Shown: positions 1 through 14,200 of the stretch, one piece after another
How the letters are laid out: each line of letters begins with the position of its first letter
How positions within the stretch are numbered: the first letter of the stretch is position 1
NCBI GenBank assembly: GCA_002633005.1
Contig: NMRA01000009.1
Coordinates: 1,929,366-1,993,365, forward strand
Direction of reading: 5' to 3'
Length of the DNA stretch: 64,000 bases
Source: Phoronis australis
Lineage: Eukaryota; Animalia; Phoronida
Position numbers and translations under genes: made by a program
The notes under the pieces: generated by a model
Database searches by the model: none
Told to the model about the DNA's origin: nothing
What the model saw: the letters and a program-made list of their open reading frames with translations, nothing else

Positions 1-762
1 TATCGTAGTAGTTTGAGGTCCTCCACCCCATATGCAATTCCTCCGTCATTCAGTCAGGAATTCAGAAGGTCTAGTCATGATTTGAATCAACAACTGGAAT
101 TCTCTTCCAGCCTCTGTTAAGGAAAGCAACTCTTTTACGAGTATAAAAAATAATTTTAGAACTGTTTTTCATAATTTTGATAATTCAACACCCTTGACTC
201 AATTCTCGCTTCCCTGCGATAACGAAATATCATTGTACAGATCAAGAGGCGGTCTTTTCCTCAACTCCAACAAGTTTAGGCATAACTTTAGCAATGTCTC
301 TCCAAACTGTAAAGGTGGTGACCATCAATCTTATCCTCATATTTTCTTCATAAGTCCCCTCATCGAATATCTGAGAGACTCACTCTTTCGTGTATTCAAT
401 GAAAACCAATCAATTGTTAAAGCTCTAAATTCTTGTAATAATATCCCTACTAAAGTTACATTATTATTGAATGGTTGTCCTAAGCTTGACCTCGTTCTCA
501 ATGAATTCCTCCAAAGCAACGTTAAGAAATTTTTATGTACCGTTTATAAATATTGTTGCTTCTGATTTCCATACATGACTCTTTACATGTTTTGTTTTTA
601 TATATTCGTAATAGCAAATCTAAATATTGGAATACTTATATCACATACTACTTAAATGTATATTAGTTTCATTTATGAATTGTCTACACCCCAGATATAA
701 TGCTTCGCGATTTTTGGGTTTGTCATTATTTCATTGTATGTTCTGTGTATTCTTCAATAAAT
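1..762 (+). mobile_element. 3' end of CR1/L2-type LINE (ORF2 C-terminus, 3'UTR with stem-loop, AATAAA tail)
   Basis: Translates to WNSLPASVKESNSF... then LNSNKFRHNFSNVSPNCKGGDHQSYPHIFF (degenerate Cys/His tail typical of CR1/L2 ORF2). The 3'UTR 'cccagatataatgcttcgcgatttttgggtttgtc...aataaat' recurs at ~53580 and in related form at ~43765. Confidence 0.7.
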
Positions 763-2289
763 AGTGGGGATTATGAACAACTCGATAACATTCATATGAC
801 TAGCGAAGATGTCAGAAATCAGTAAGAAATAGGCTACTGTCTCGTTCAATAGCAGACCTGCCAAGGGGGTATAACAACTTCGCTGGAAGTTGGTGGAAAA
901 TTTGCTTGAGATTGGACAAATTTGCTCAGATTTTGCTTGAGGTTCCTGGCGATATCTTCACTAACTATCAAACTTTATACATCCTAAAATATAAGACTTA
1001 ACTAGTCATATTACATTAATTAATAAAACATGTTATAAGCGTAGAAAACTAGGTTTTTGAAAATTTACGACAAAAAAATTCATTTTACGTGAGATAGCTT
1101 AAGGCTCGCGTGAGTGCAATTGCCGATATTTTCGCCATCCTCGACCAAAAGTAAAAAAAATTCAGAAAACTTCTATCACACGTGTAGTACGTACAACGGA
1201 ACGTGCTGATTTGTAGCCGTGTACAACAAAAATTACGGACTCTATGAGCATTTGAATCTGAAATTGAAAACATCTTGGATCCAATCATGACGAAAAACAA
1301 TAGGCTTCCAGGACTTCCGGAACTAGCTGGCGGTTGTGTGTAAATTTCGTGGAACTCTGACGAAAAATGCTACCTGTAGAGTGCGAACAAACAAAAACAA
1401 CTTGATGGCAAAGCAACATACTTGGCGAAATGCAAGTAATAAAGTTAAAAACGTATACCGGTACTTACACCATGAACGTCGTTATATATTAAATCAGCTA
1501 ACGACCAACACACCTCCACTGCATTGTGGGCAGATCATGGATAACGAATGTCAAGACTATAGCGGGAAACATATTTAAAGGCCTATGTCACGTGATCAAC
1601 GAAAAAATCGCGGCCAGTATTCGGGGTAATTACAAACGCATACAACTATACCTAAACAATACTATACCATGCCAATACGAATGGTTGTGCCTGCAGGATC
1701 ACCAATCCTTGAAATATTTATTGGAGAGTAATTTCCAGAATGACTTGTCAGCTAATTAGGCTTATACGCAGCACTAATCACAATAGAAGCTGTGCCTAAA
1801 AGAATGTGGATAGAAGGGGTTTTAATAAGGAGTCTCAGTTTAAAGGGCGTGTTCACGACATGATAATTTTTGGAGCAATAAAAGTACTTTTTTGAACGTC
1901 GCTTTGGATTAATGTTCTAGGTAATCCAAATGAGCAAGCCTAATCAAATTTGCCGTCGTACACGCGAATTTACTCACTAGGATACTGCCCACCAACCATG
2001 AAGTACGCCTCTTGCGGATTGCTTCTATCTACTTTCCAGTATTCAATGGCGTGTTTCACACATATATGGGACAATGTACAGTATAATGAAAACGTCTCGT
2101 GTAAACCTAAGTATCTCCTCTGCATAAGGAACACAGCAAATCAACGCTCAGCTAATCGTACCAATAGTGTAAGGTAAAACCAACATCATAAATCTATCTA
2201 CAGGATTAACAAATATTCCCTCTCAACACTGCCATACGATACGACACCTTTCACTTAATTATAGGCCTAATGTTGATTGAATGAGTATT

Positions 2290-2990
2290 CAATGACATTT
2301 TTGTCATCATTACTCCGTTTGAAAAATCGTAATTCCGAAAACCTGTTGTGGTTGAATTTCCTTAAAAGGTTGTCCATGGAAACCCATATTATGTCTTGGG
2401 GAGACGGCCATTTCAACATTGCTTAAGATTCTCTCACAAAGCAGACCTTCATCTCTTAGCCACCAGTCTCCTTTGCTCCAACTTTCCACACAAACCAGCC
2501 CTTGTCGTACATTGCCGCTACAAAGCCGGTCTTAAGCTTCTCCAAGGTTTACAACATTCTTGGTGACACTTAGGCCTAAATTAACCACGATATTAGCTGC
2601 CTGTCCGCCCTCCAGTCTCTGGACCGCCGTCCATGAAGTGCTGCGCACAACGATTGAATTGTTTGTAGTGCAGTTTCACCATGCTATTCTGTGCTTTTGA
2701 TACAAGCTTTTCGTTTCATTTCTGTTTCATCTGTGGAGACGCACAAGAATCTGGTGGCCATCTTTGATTGCATTCACCACTTGAAAAAGTCCACGAGGTC
2801 TTGGGTGATGTCATTTCGTTGACTAACCGCGTCGTCTTCTCTACGCTTGGTGTCTTACCTCGAGGGCACCATAGGCGCTCTAACAATGACTTGCGCACTT
2901 CAAAATAGTCCCATCGGGCTATCATGCCACACAAGGATTCATGACTGCCAATCACATGAAAGATGTATCAATTACGGTACTGACTTGTGG
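2290..2990 (-). mobile_element. Decayed DNA-transposase C-terminal fragment (possibly Sola-like)
   Basis: Minus-strand reading with stops and frameshifts: ...ARWDYFE...DLVDFFKW...FVAAMYDKGWFVWKV...LKWPSPQDIIWV..DNLL. This resembles the C-terminal module of invertebrate DNA transposases. The family assignment is from memory only. Confidence 0.4.
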
Positions 2991-3002
2991 TGAGTCGGTA
3001 AC

Positions 3003-3410
3003 GTTGTGATTATGATTTCGTAGCGGGTATTTGTCACGAGTAGACTAACACTGGTCGTAGTTCAATAAGTTTTACTTTATTGATCTGTTTGTGTACTAGC
3101 AGATAGCACTTGATTGACATGACCCATGAGGTCAGGACAGTGATGACATAATTTGTTTACAATAAAATAGCGGGAGGCATTCTTGAAAATTCCAGTATAT
3201 TAATGATTAATATAGTCTGGAACATTCTAGAGCCTAGTATATGTTTGTAAAACGATTGCGTAGATTCCATAAAGTTTTAGAATGTGCTTGAACTAGTGAA
3301 AATTCCCAGAACACTGTAATAGACTATAAATACTCGGATTAGTGATCGTTAGCTGGAGTTGAAAGTCAGCTTAATATAGTTGAAGTTGAAGAGTCGAGAT
3401 AAACTTGAAA
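3003..3410 (+). mobile_element. Partial LTR-like sequence (Gypsy-type U3/R)
   Basis: Abruptly interrupts the transposase relic. Contains repeated 'ctggaacattctagag/ttttagaa' motifs and a TATA box 'tataaata' (~3325) followed by 'agtcagctt...agttgaag'. No TG..CA pair, PBS or partner LTR seen. Confidence 0.35.
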
Positions 3411-4009
3411 AAAAAAAAACAGTGCAGGTGGCCTGATGTCATTTGCGGTGCATCAGAAATGCGCAGGCCTCATGGTTGGATGGTTGAGCCCACTGCACAA
3501 AACGCCTGAGCTAAAAACCCGAGAGCCCCTGGTCCTTCGTCAAGGAAGTTTTCAAGTCTTCCAAATGGAAGNAGTGATGACATAATTTGTTTACAATAAA
3601 ATAGCGGGAAGCATTCTTGAAAATTCCAGTATGTTAATGATTAATATAGTCTGGAACATTATAGAGCCTAGTATATGTTTGTAAAACGATTGTGTAGATT
3701 CCATAAAGTTTTAGAATGTGCTTGAACTAGTGAAAAGTCCCAGAACACTGTAATAGACTATAAATACCCAAACTCGGATTAGTGATCGTTAGCTGGAGTT
3801 GAAAGTCAGCTTAATATAGTTGAAGTTGAAGAGTCGAGATAAACTTGAAAAAAAAAACAGTGCAGGTGGCCTGATGTCATTTGCGGTGCATCAGAAATGC
3901 GCAGGCCTCATGGTTGGATGGTTGAGCCCACTGCACAAAACGCCTGAGCTAAAAACCCGAGAGCCCCTGGTCCTTCGTCAAGGAAGTTTTCAAGTCTTCC
4001 AAATGGAAG
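3139..4009. repeat. Near-identical ~435-bp direct duplication joined by a single N (3572); probable haplotype/scaffolding artefact
   Basis: 3139-3571 is repeated at 3573-4009 with a few SNPs/indels, and the N lies exactly at the junction. Confidence 0.8.
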
Positions 4010-4440
4010 TTTGTTAAGCTCATTAATGCAAGCATTAACACGACGAGAGTTGACTCTTGGTTTTTCAGGAATTTTATTGCTGCTTGGCTATCTGAAAGGA
4101 TAGTAATTGGCCGATTGCCAAGCTTAGTGTTATATTGTTGTGCCAGTGTAGCAGCTCTATTAATTGCAGTGATCTCAGCCTGAAACACCGTGGCAAGATT
4201 GCCTAGCGATACCCTTTTTTCTGCATCTGCAACAGGAAGGCTTGGAAACTAGAATTCCAGCACCTGTCTGGCTATTTTCCAGTTTAGAGCCATCCGTATA
4301 ACAAAGCACCTCAGTTTTGTGTTCTTCGGTAGGTCACCAATCACCAATTTCCGTGAAGAAATTGTTTGTATGATTTAAAGCTGTGATCTGGATATCACTA
4401 GGCACATAGTTGCCCAGTTTTGGCCAGTTAAAGTTGAAGA
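3860..4440 (-). mobile_element. Non-LTR retrotransposon RNase H fragment (I/LOA/Tad1-group type), decayed
   Basis: Minus strand gives VLVYTDGSKLENSQTGAG, then FQAEITAINRAA and ITILSDSQAAIK, which carry the D-E-D catalytic motifs of LINE RNase H. Frameshifted. Confidence 0.8.
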
Positions 4441-6789
4441 TACAGTTACAGAATGGGTTGTTACAGCGTTAGTCAGACATAAAGACAGTAGGTTATTTAA
4501 TCAACGAGTGTAACAGTTGCTGGAAGGGTCTCAGAAATTCACCACAAGTCAAGGCTTCGCAGCACTGGCTAGAGGCATAGAACAGACATTACGTCGAACG
4601 TTTTGTTTGAGAAGACTTGTGAACGTACGGTCAAAATTATTATAGTGATAAACACGAACCAGTCTTCAGTCTATCGTCACTGAAAGCTTATTAGCACCGG
4701 TCGGTAACAACCTGCGCCCATCCATCCACGGGGAAAACGTGACAGTACAAATGCAACCTTTAAAAACGAAGACGGTACCCAAAAATGCCTCAAGTCATCG
4801 AAGACAATAAGAAAACTGCAGTGTCGGAGCTGATCAGCATCTTTAAAATAAGCCACAAACGTTCAAAATGTGAATTTGTTGTTTTGTAGAGCATGGCCGA
4901 TTTTCCAAGAACGACGTTGCTGACTACCGATTTCATTTTCAAAGTCTTTTTTTCTGCCACGCGAGATCGTTGCTACCACAAAGTTCATTCCTTTCATTGT
5001 TTGGATGCATGAGGTTGCGGCAATCTCGCAATTATTTCTAAGCAGCTTCTTAAGCAGTCGTTCCGTTCGTTTGTTTTGCGCTTTTATCTTTTCGGTTTCC
5101 AACTTTCAGCCTGCATCACTCGCATTAGAGCAGATTTCATGCAAATCCCTTCCCCTAACCTTTTCGATGTATAGAACTTTAATAACTTCCCAATCAGCCT
5201 ACCGAGTGCATATTTTTTCGTCTGCTTGCATTTGAAGTAGAAAGCGTTGGCGAGTTTGCTGGTGACGTTGACTCTCATCGGTCGCTTTGATATTCGCTGG
5301 TTCCGTAGACTAGATGAGTTTCCATTGATTTCCCTTTTCGCAGTTTAGCAAGCCTTTTTGTACCTTTTTTCATTGCGTTCTTTTAGCTTGTCCATAGGAA
5401 GCGCCACCACCGGCACATTATAATACAATACGTGCACGCCCAGCTTCTGCAGAAACTGTGGGCACTTGGTCTTTCTTCTTCACGATTCTTCTGGATTTCG
5501 GCTCTTGACTTTGCCGTCCTGTAAAATCACAATTCCATGACTATATAATTTCAATTTGAAGAAATACTTACGTTACAAACTACAACACTTACGTTACCAA
5601 AAGTAACGTAGATATTTTACGCGGAACTGTGTTATCTATAACGCTGTTATGCAGCAACTGAACAGAACACGAGCAATGACATCATTCCAGTAAAACATTT
5701 TGTCTTAAGTGAAATTACCTTCTGATTAGTAATTCTTCGTTAAAAAGCCTGTGCAAATCATGCGTTTCTGGTCGTCTGCTGGATTAAGATGATAGGAAGA
5801 CAGAATGGCTTAAAGCTGATATAGACATTAAATACGCAGTTTTAGATCACGTAATTATTGTAAGTAGTGTTACACATAAAGTCTGAAAATTAATTCCTTT
5901 TGCTATTTCTTGAATGGGTTTCATGTGACAGTGAAACCGTAAACAATCGAATTAAATTGAAACTTACCTGGAAAAATTAATCTGCTGAATAAAAAATACA
6001 CATAACGTATACCATAAAATTTATACTGCCACTTTGTTAGCTAGTGTTGTTAATATCTTGATATGCGCTGTGCTGGCTGATAATATACCCTGAAAACTAA
6101 GCAGTAGTTAGATGTCTTGGTAAATTAACTGTGACGTTATAAGAATGCCTTCACAATGCCCAACAGGCTAATTGTAACGTAAAAACCCGCACTCTGGAGA
6201 CACTTTAATTTTCTGCGGTGAAAACAAGAATACGGCATTGCTAGATTGTTAAGTTTAAAGAAATTGAGGACAACCATTTATTACTTGATTTGAAAACAGA
6301 TATTAAATAAACAACTTGCCTAGTTTTCTGTAAATGTAACTTAATCTGTGAATTTTTATATTGACGACACATAATTTTGTGCCAAAGGAAGGTGCATTTC
6401 GGTCTTGATTTTGTGATCAACTTTCAGCTCGACGAACAGTGTGTCATAGCAACGTTGTGTGCTAAGCAATAATAAGATACTTAAGACTGTTTTATTTCAC
6501 CACTATCTGTGCGACAAGGGTCCGCACAATTCTGTTATTATTTCCTCATTAATGAGAGTAGCTGTGGTGCCCGCGCCAGAAACAGATTGTACAACGCGTA
6601 CACCAGAGTTAACCGCACTGAGCTTCTGAAACGGTCGCCAAATGATTTCATAGACTCGCCCGAGAGTACCTGCTGCAGATTCGCGGATACGCGCAACCTG
6701 CGTGGACGATATTTGACTTCAGCGCCATCTACACACCTACGGTAAACATGGGTGCGCGTACGGGAATTTCTGAAAGCGCGCGATGAAGT

Positions 6790-7578
6790 CCAGGGTATTC
6801 CATAGAAATAGGAACCCCGGTGAAAACAGACATCCCGTAGTCGAAAGCAGACTTCTGCACCTTCAAAAGAGCTAACCAGTCCGAAAAACAAGAAACCCAG
6901 ACCTTAAAAACAGGAACCCCGGGGATCGGACAGGCCACCCGGGGACCGAAAAACCACTCCCGTACTTTCTGTCAAACATTGTTTGATGAAAAAAATAAAT
7001 CTTCCTCATTTAAATAGTTGTTGTGATCTGTTGTTTTACTAATACATGAGAATTTTAGACAACTTATGACGGATTGGCGTTCTACGTTATTCTGCCGCCA
7101 AAATTGTCGTTCGTTCTGCTGCCAAAGTAGTGGTTCGATCTTTTGCGTCGGCTTTCGGCGCCATGAAATATTGCGTCACCTATTGGCCAGTTTCTTTTTC
7201 CCAATTCTTCCATCAACTGTTCTTCTTCCACGAGATTGCGTACATGTCGCAACAAATTAATCACCAATGAAACTCGAAAGTCGAAATATTATTGAGAGTA
7301 TAGATAATGTCGAAATTCGCCCACAGACAAGTCGGGCGAGTTTTACCGATAAAAATCCAATAACAAAGTCGATATAATATAAGTTGCGTTTTATTATTGA
7401 GAGTTTTTAACAAACAAATGCAGAAAACAACTGGAAAGTACTTAAAGATGTTTAACTCAAAGTTTGAGGCCACTGACAACAGTCTCAAAAAATTTGAAAG
7501 ATTGTCCGGGTTTCCTGTCCAATCCCTTGTCGGGATTCGTGTTTTTCGGGCTGGTTAGCTATTTGAAGGTGCGGGACT
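6790..7578. mobile_element. Non-autonomous DNA element/MITE with long imperfect terminal inverted repeats
   Basis: 'gcaccttcaaaagagctaaccagtccgaaaaac' (~6857) is inverted relative to 'gtttttcgggctggttagctatttgaaggtgc' (~7541). Related copies occur at ~16040-16390, and segment 7080-7260 recurs at ~10820-10985. Confidence 0.6.
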
Positions 7579-7599
7579 AAGGAGAGCCTTCTTTCCTGA

Positions 7600-8220
7600 C
7601 ACAGAGACGCCAAGAGACTTCACCATGGTAGTGACTGAGCTGAAAAACATCAACATCTCCAGCCGTTCACGTGACAGTCGTTCTCCAGGTCTGCATACTT
7701 CAAGTTCTTCCGCTCATGTGCCTCTTTCACCCTACTATCCCACGGAATGGTGATCTCGATAAAGTTTACCTGGTGGGAACTTTCCGAGTAGATGACCAAA
7801 TCAGGGCGCTGGGTAGTCTGGACAATGTGCTGTCGGAAGGATGACTGGTGACCGGCAAAATCAGCCACCACTTTTCAGTCTTTGGTTGTGTGCAGGATGC
7901 CTTTCTGTGCTGGAGTCTTCATCTTACTTGCCTCTTCTCTACTTCTTCTGAAACTGATGAATTCGATCCGGTGGCTTTTCGACTTTGGTTTATTCTAGAC
8001 GTCTTCAACCATCACCCTTGTGAAAACTGTCAGTACCTGGTTGTGTCGGTAGGTGTGCCTTCCTTATGCCAAAGACGCTTTGGAAAATGATGGAATGTGC
8101 TCTAAAGTACGTCTGCGTCCACACTGGACACAGCTCTGGTTGTCAGTAATGCCCCAAGTAGCAATGCTGCTGGGTGTAGGCAGCATTTTATAAGCAGAAC
8201 TGATAAGGAATCTTGCTTAA
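7600..8220 (-). mobile_element. RLE-type non-LTR retrotransposon (HERO/NeSL-like) C-terminal fragment
   Basis: Minus strand: LPTPSSIATWG..CVQCGRRRTLEHI (zinc knuckle), YRHNQVL, RPDLVIYSESSHQVNFIEITIPWDSRVKEAHERKNLKYADL (PD..E restriction-like endonuclease). In-frame stops present. Confidence 0.85.
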
Positions 8221-11200
8221 ATAGAATGACTTACAACGTTTTTTTTATTCATAGAGTTTATTCGAAAGAGAGGACGAAAAGTCCCGGTCGAGTGGTGTGT
8301 GCACTGCCATACACAAGCCAATGAAAACTGTCCTTTGCCTCCTTTTATGACTCTGGATGGCTTGACTAAGGGTTCGAAACTTTTGCGTGAATGCACTATC
8401 TCTATGAACCAGGATCTGAAATCATGTTTAAAAGTCCATTTGTACTAATAGTATGGAAATTGTATTACTCTTAATGACGTCACCAAGATCGTACACCGAG
8501 TTATTCATATGCGTGGCCTTCACCCTTGATCATCCTCACACCTGTGTCTACCAAGTTTTCACTACAGCGTCAACAAACTTTAAAGACCTGAGTTGATTGC
8601 TTAGAATATTTCATCCACAAATCGACCTAATTAAAACAGCACATTAAGTGAAATATAAACTCAAAGTGTGCATGAAATATACGTCTTCACAAGACAGGTT
8701 ACCCAAGGTTTCCTCTAGTGATCACCCTCAAGTCATATCAGTTGCGACTGTTGGCACATTCAAAACGGTGTTCGTGAGCCATGTGTTTTTGCACAGTGTG
8801 TTGAAAGACTCAGGTTTAAATCTAGTACAAGTTGTAACCATAGTTACCGAGTCAATCGCGACACTTCATCACTGGTAGTAATATCATTTCTTTTTAAAAT
8901 GTGATATGTAGAAATTTGTCTAGAGTGGAAAATCAAAATGGCTAAACATTTGAGAAAAGTATAAATTAAATAACTTGAAATGAAAGGGTTCTTTCCATCT
9001 CCGCAAAATATTCCTGTTGCTATTTCTAAACTCTTCATGTACTTCCATTGTCACAGTTATCACTCACAGTAAGACACATCATCTGTATTAATAACAAACA
9101 CAAAACTGTTGTCTTTCAACTTTTAGTTCTTTGTTTGTCGGTATTTGGTAATTGTGTTATCCTTGTGAATATCACTTTCAGGTAAAGAGTTGTTACTGTA
9201 CATGCGCGTCTAATCTAAATGTAACTATGATACTTCGCTCGCATATATCCAATGTTCTGATTTGACTTCTATTTTCTGTCATACCCAAGAACTTGGAACT
9301 TGCGTGTACTTACCATCAGTTGTCACAAATAGGTCCGTCTCTATGGGATTATAAAGGGCCATCTAATTCTAAATGATCTCAGAAAACACGTTCTTTGTAC
9401 CTAATTTGTAATTTAGTTCAGTAAATTCGTGGAATGGCTTTAGTTAGTCAATACTGTTATTAATTGATAGACTACAGTTCATGGCCGATTGGCAAAGAAC
9501 GCAAGAAAAATAGCGTCAGGCCTCACGTGCGAAGAGTTACTGTGGCCTTAAAATCGAATACAATCTTATAGCCATGACCCACTAAGCTTATAGTCTTATA
9601 TTCCGGATCGTTGCATTTTCAGTGCAGCTCCTTTAGATTGCATTATTTCGCCTACATCTTATGGTAGGGCCTTGTATGAGTACCGGTAATTATGCGGTAC
9701 GCTAAATCTTCACTGTCTTTCTTCCACACTTTTAATTGAATCTTCCGGAAATGCTAAGTGCTTTTTGCAGTCTATTCTAGATTTTCGCATTGTGAAATCG
9801 CAAGTATTTTTAACCTCGTTACGACATAAGTCATACGGTCAAATGAGTAGAGTTCTTGAAACCTCTGGTGATCAACAAACACTTGGTACTAATTGATTGT
9901 TTGGGGTACACGAGACTGAAGAACAACTTGTGAATGAAGAAAAACCAGAAAACACAACTTAACTGACAAATCATATTAAAATAATAAAAATCGAATGTCA
10001 CTGCCAGAGACAGCCCAAAGAGTTTCATGGACCACTTCCGGCTGGTGAATTTTGAATAAATATAGCCACCGTTTTATATTTAATATTGCAACTGAATTCA
10101 GGGCTTAGGCTTGTATAACATAATTCACTTGCAATTAAGCTAATCAGTTTAAATATCGATATCTTTATTCAACAGTCACATCAATCACAGGTCAGTGCCT
10201 TCCAGTGAGAGTGGTGCTTACTTTAACACAGAAAACAGACTAAATTGACGTTCTTCAGAGTGTTTTTTTGCCACTGGAAAAAGATTCAACCTGCTCACCA
10301 GGTATTTTTACGGTTTTCAATGCCAAAGCATTTTTCTTTTAGTTTCAAATTTCAAAAAAAAACGATCTGTCAACTTCTCGTGACATTATTTATTTCTTTA
10401 AAATTGCGTCGATCGACATGTCTTCTATAACCCAGTTCTCTAACATATACTCAAAGACAGCGTCAGTTTGCTAAGAGTGCGTCTAACAATTCTATCCCAA
10501 TGACCGTTTGAGTACTATGAGTCCATCAAACGTTTCACACTGGCGCTTCCAAGAACCTGCTCCGAATTTTCTAACTCAAACATGTTGATCACTGATCACA
10601 TTGTTGTTTTGTCCCCAAGATCTGATTAGACAAGAAGTGCGAACCACTTGATCCTGATTGTCCGTGTCATCATGAAGCATATCCTTGGTACAAAGCTGTA
10701 TACTAAATATACAGCTTTGCGCCGATGTGGGTAAAAAACTAACCAGATAAAATGTGTCACAGAATTAGTGTCATTAAAAACTACACACTCATTTGATTAA
10801 ATTTTCTGGTTTTGGAAAAATTGGCGTTCTACCGTTATTCATCTGTTAATGTTGTGGAGCGATCTTCTGCGTCGGCTTTCGGCGCCATGAAATATTGCAT
10901 CACCTATTGGCCAGTTTCTTCTTTACCGATTCGTCAATAGACTATTAATCTTTCACGAGCTTGCGTACACGTCACAACAAATTACCGGAATTGGTTTCAG
11001 TTCATCATAAGTTTTTAGAATTTTGATACCAGCAAACCGAATTTAAGAAGAAATTTTGCTGCTGTCAAGCTATCATCTACTGAGAGATGTCGCAAAAATT
11101 TAGGAAATGGCGCGTGCGCGTGTCACGAGCGTATTGTTTTCAAAACTACGCCATAACTTTTCTTTGTTAGGAAAGGCGGTGGATTATGCAAGAATATGAC

Positions 11201-14200
11201 GTTTATTAGATTGTTTTCCACTTAAACGCCTGTAACGGGCAAGATGAGTGTCGTTTGATTCCCAGATTTTGCATGCACCCCGTCCGGTTATTAGCTCTAC
11301 ATGTTGATGAAGGTTTCACGGCGAGGTGACGAGCAGAATTACCCTGGCTGTGTGCAAGTTCGAGGCTATGGAATAAAAGCACACAGAAGTACCTAGCTGT
11401 ATTTTGACGATAGTCTTCATACAGCTAGCTAGCTGGCTGCATGAAGCTCTACATAAGCTACAGTCGCCCTTTGTGGCTGCAGAGTACATTGAAAAATAGT
11501 TTCGGTCAATTTAAAATTAGTTTACCAAATGTTTAATTTGACTTCGACTGTTTTGTGCGTGATGACGACAAACTGGGCAGGCATAATCTTAAGGCTAAAA
11601 TTTATGAAAACTACAGTTCCATCAGCGCTTAAACTAGCTCTCACTCAGGCGCATGGAAAACGACATTCTGATCGAACGCCGCCCGACCTTGAGATGTTAT
11701 GTAGAACATCATCGTAAATGCTTGTATTGAATACTTTGCAAAACAATTCCGTTAACAGGGGTGCATAACGTAGACGCGAGAAACTCTCGGAGAATGACGC
11801 ATCACGCGAGACCTCGTAAAGTCTCGCGAATGAATGGCGAATGTTTCGTTTGTAGCCCCCTGGGTTCCATGACAAGTTGTTATAGACCTTATAGTGAGCC
11901 TCTTGTTAGGTTTAAAAACAATGCATTTGAGACATAAATGTAACGAGGCACGCGAAAAAAATCACGCTTTGCGATGCATTTAAGCGCAAAATGCATTGTT
12001 TTCAAAACCTAAAAAAGAAGCTCATTTTTAAAATGGCGACTGCGTGAATACGGTGTATAGTGGAGTTTCTACTTTCCCGCCGAGAGCTTACTAGCGAATC
12101 CAAGGAATATGCGGCGGTGATTGTTGATTGGTCGATGAGGTTGGATTGTTTCCATTCCATTAGCGACAATTTCTCGCAGGTGTGATTCGTGAGTGTATTT
12201 TGTCTACGAACGCACTCGTTGAGTTGTTACTTCGTACTCCCGTTTCCTCGTCTGCCTGGCTCAGAACCTCTCAACTGAGTGCCATTTTTCCTAAACTTTT
12301 ACTGTTTTAAAGGGCATGCATTATGGTGTCCAAATATTTATGGTGTATAAATTTTGATGACGCTGTTGTTCGAGTACCATCAGACCTACCGCGCATGAAT
12401 ACACTTACGAGGGAATTGTGAACTTGTTGATACGCAGTATATGTTTAGCTTCATTGTTAGGAGTTGTGGTAAACTGCTCTAATGTGTTAAAACGGCCTCG
12501 AAAATTGTGGTGGTGGGAGGGGGTGTTCACCCGCGTCCCACTTCTTCGAAAAATTGAAATTCGACACCCCTCATTACAGAAAACTTTCCTTGCCCTACAA
12601 GTTTAGACCTCCTTATCTAGGGATGAGTCTGTAATTCTGTTTAGTTTTTGTTGTGGAAATGTTATTCTTTCTAATTCATTCTGATAATTTATATTTTTTA
12701 CATCTGGCATTCCACCCACGTGACCAGTGGTTTCTTGTGTTGCTTCGAATGTTTGGTCATACTGATGCGCACTCTCAGCACTCCTGTTGTCAAATCTCGG
12801 TACCCCTTTCATCTACGCTAAGTGGTCTGGCCTGCCGGTCTAATAGCATAGGCATCCTGCTTCACTTCCGTTAACATATTAATCATCCCAACAATCCCAC
12901 TCTCCTTCACCATTCATTTCTCACTTTAATGTTTTCCATATTCCTGTGTCAGGGGAATTTATGACGTAAACCATATGTCCTCGTGATACGGTTTCAAAAA
13001 AGGATTACCACGGTGTAGGATAGCGTTAAGGTAGCAATCTTTGGACTATATTGTGCAATAAATTGTATACGTAGCAGTGACACCACTATAGTGGCATATT
13101 TTTAATAGTATTGTATTACAAGCACATGAGGCGCTACTAAAGAAATATATTATCTTATAATGAATTGGCTGTTGCTCAGTTACTGTAGTTGACCATCACC
13201 TCGCTTGTTACATACCAAATGCTGTAAAATTAAACCCAGTATTAGAACCAATAAGCAAGCATGCATATGACTACAAACGGAACATGTTTTTGTAATCTTG
13301 TCTGTAACAGGAAAGTTATGTTGATCCTTGGACAATGTTAGTGCCTTTCTGTACTCACGGGCCGTACATACATAAAATGTACCGCGAACGGCGTAGATGA
13401 AGTAATATCCCACTCGATATTATTCTGCGTATCGACCTCGAACCGAAGACTGTTCACGTGGCGGATCACATCCTGTATGTAATATATACTTGCGCGTTAG
13501 GTTACAAGTTTTCTTTAGTAAAAGAAATAGTTTTAAATGTAACGATTTCTTACTTGAAAAGAGATAACAAAGATGAAAACAACGGCAATTTTGCATTAAA
13601 CTTGTAACATTTCCTGAAAAAAGTTAACTAACAACAATATTTGATATTGTAGTCACCGAAGAATCGACGCCTAGGTTGCAGACGATATAATATTTAGCAA
13701 TTGAAAACTGGGGCAGAAGTGTCATATAATTTAAATGTTAAAACATTTTTGTACCAGATGTTACGTTTGGAACCTGATTGCATGTCGAGTGTTATTTATA
13801 CTGCTACAATTGTATTACATTAAACTATATTCGGAAATTTTAATGATCTATCTTCTGAACTGTCCATGTCAGAGAGCACTGTTGAAGTAGTGCGGGAGGT
13901 GAATAGGGAAAACAATATCCCATGGCCGTATTGCAGTCGGCTGATTAAACGTGTATGGGATAAAATCAAAGGGCAGATCGAACAGCCAAGTCGACCCCAT
14001 AAAAATCGGCATGTCAAAGTCCGTCAGACGTTTGATCTTCTTCTCGTCCTGCTCCAAATCACGCGTTAGATCTGTCTGCTTATTGTGAGCACTCCACTGA
14101 AGAAACTTCGCCCGTTCGTTTGATCACAACACATGATTGGCCAGCATTTTGCATTTTAATAATATGCTAATTATCCAAGAACAAATGATAAGATACCTTT

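Noticed and set aside
3139-4009. Apparent tandem duplication or paired LTRs
   Set aside because: A single N at the junction and near identity indicate overlapping contigs or haplotypes, not biology.
4700-6000. Minus-strand basic peptides with several splice-like signals
   Set aside because: Frames are broken and no family motif could be identified; probably a decayed transposon gene.
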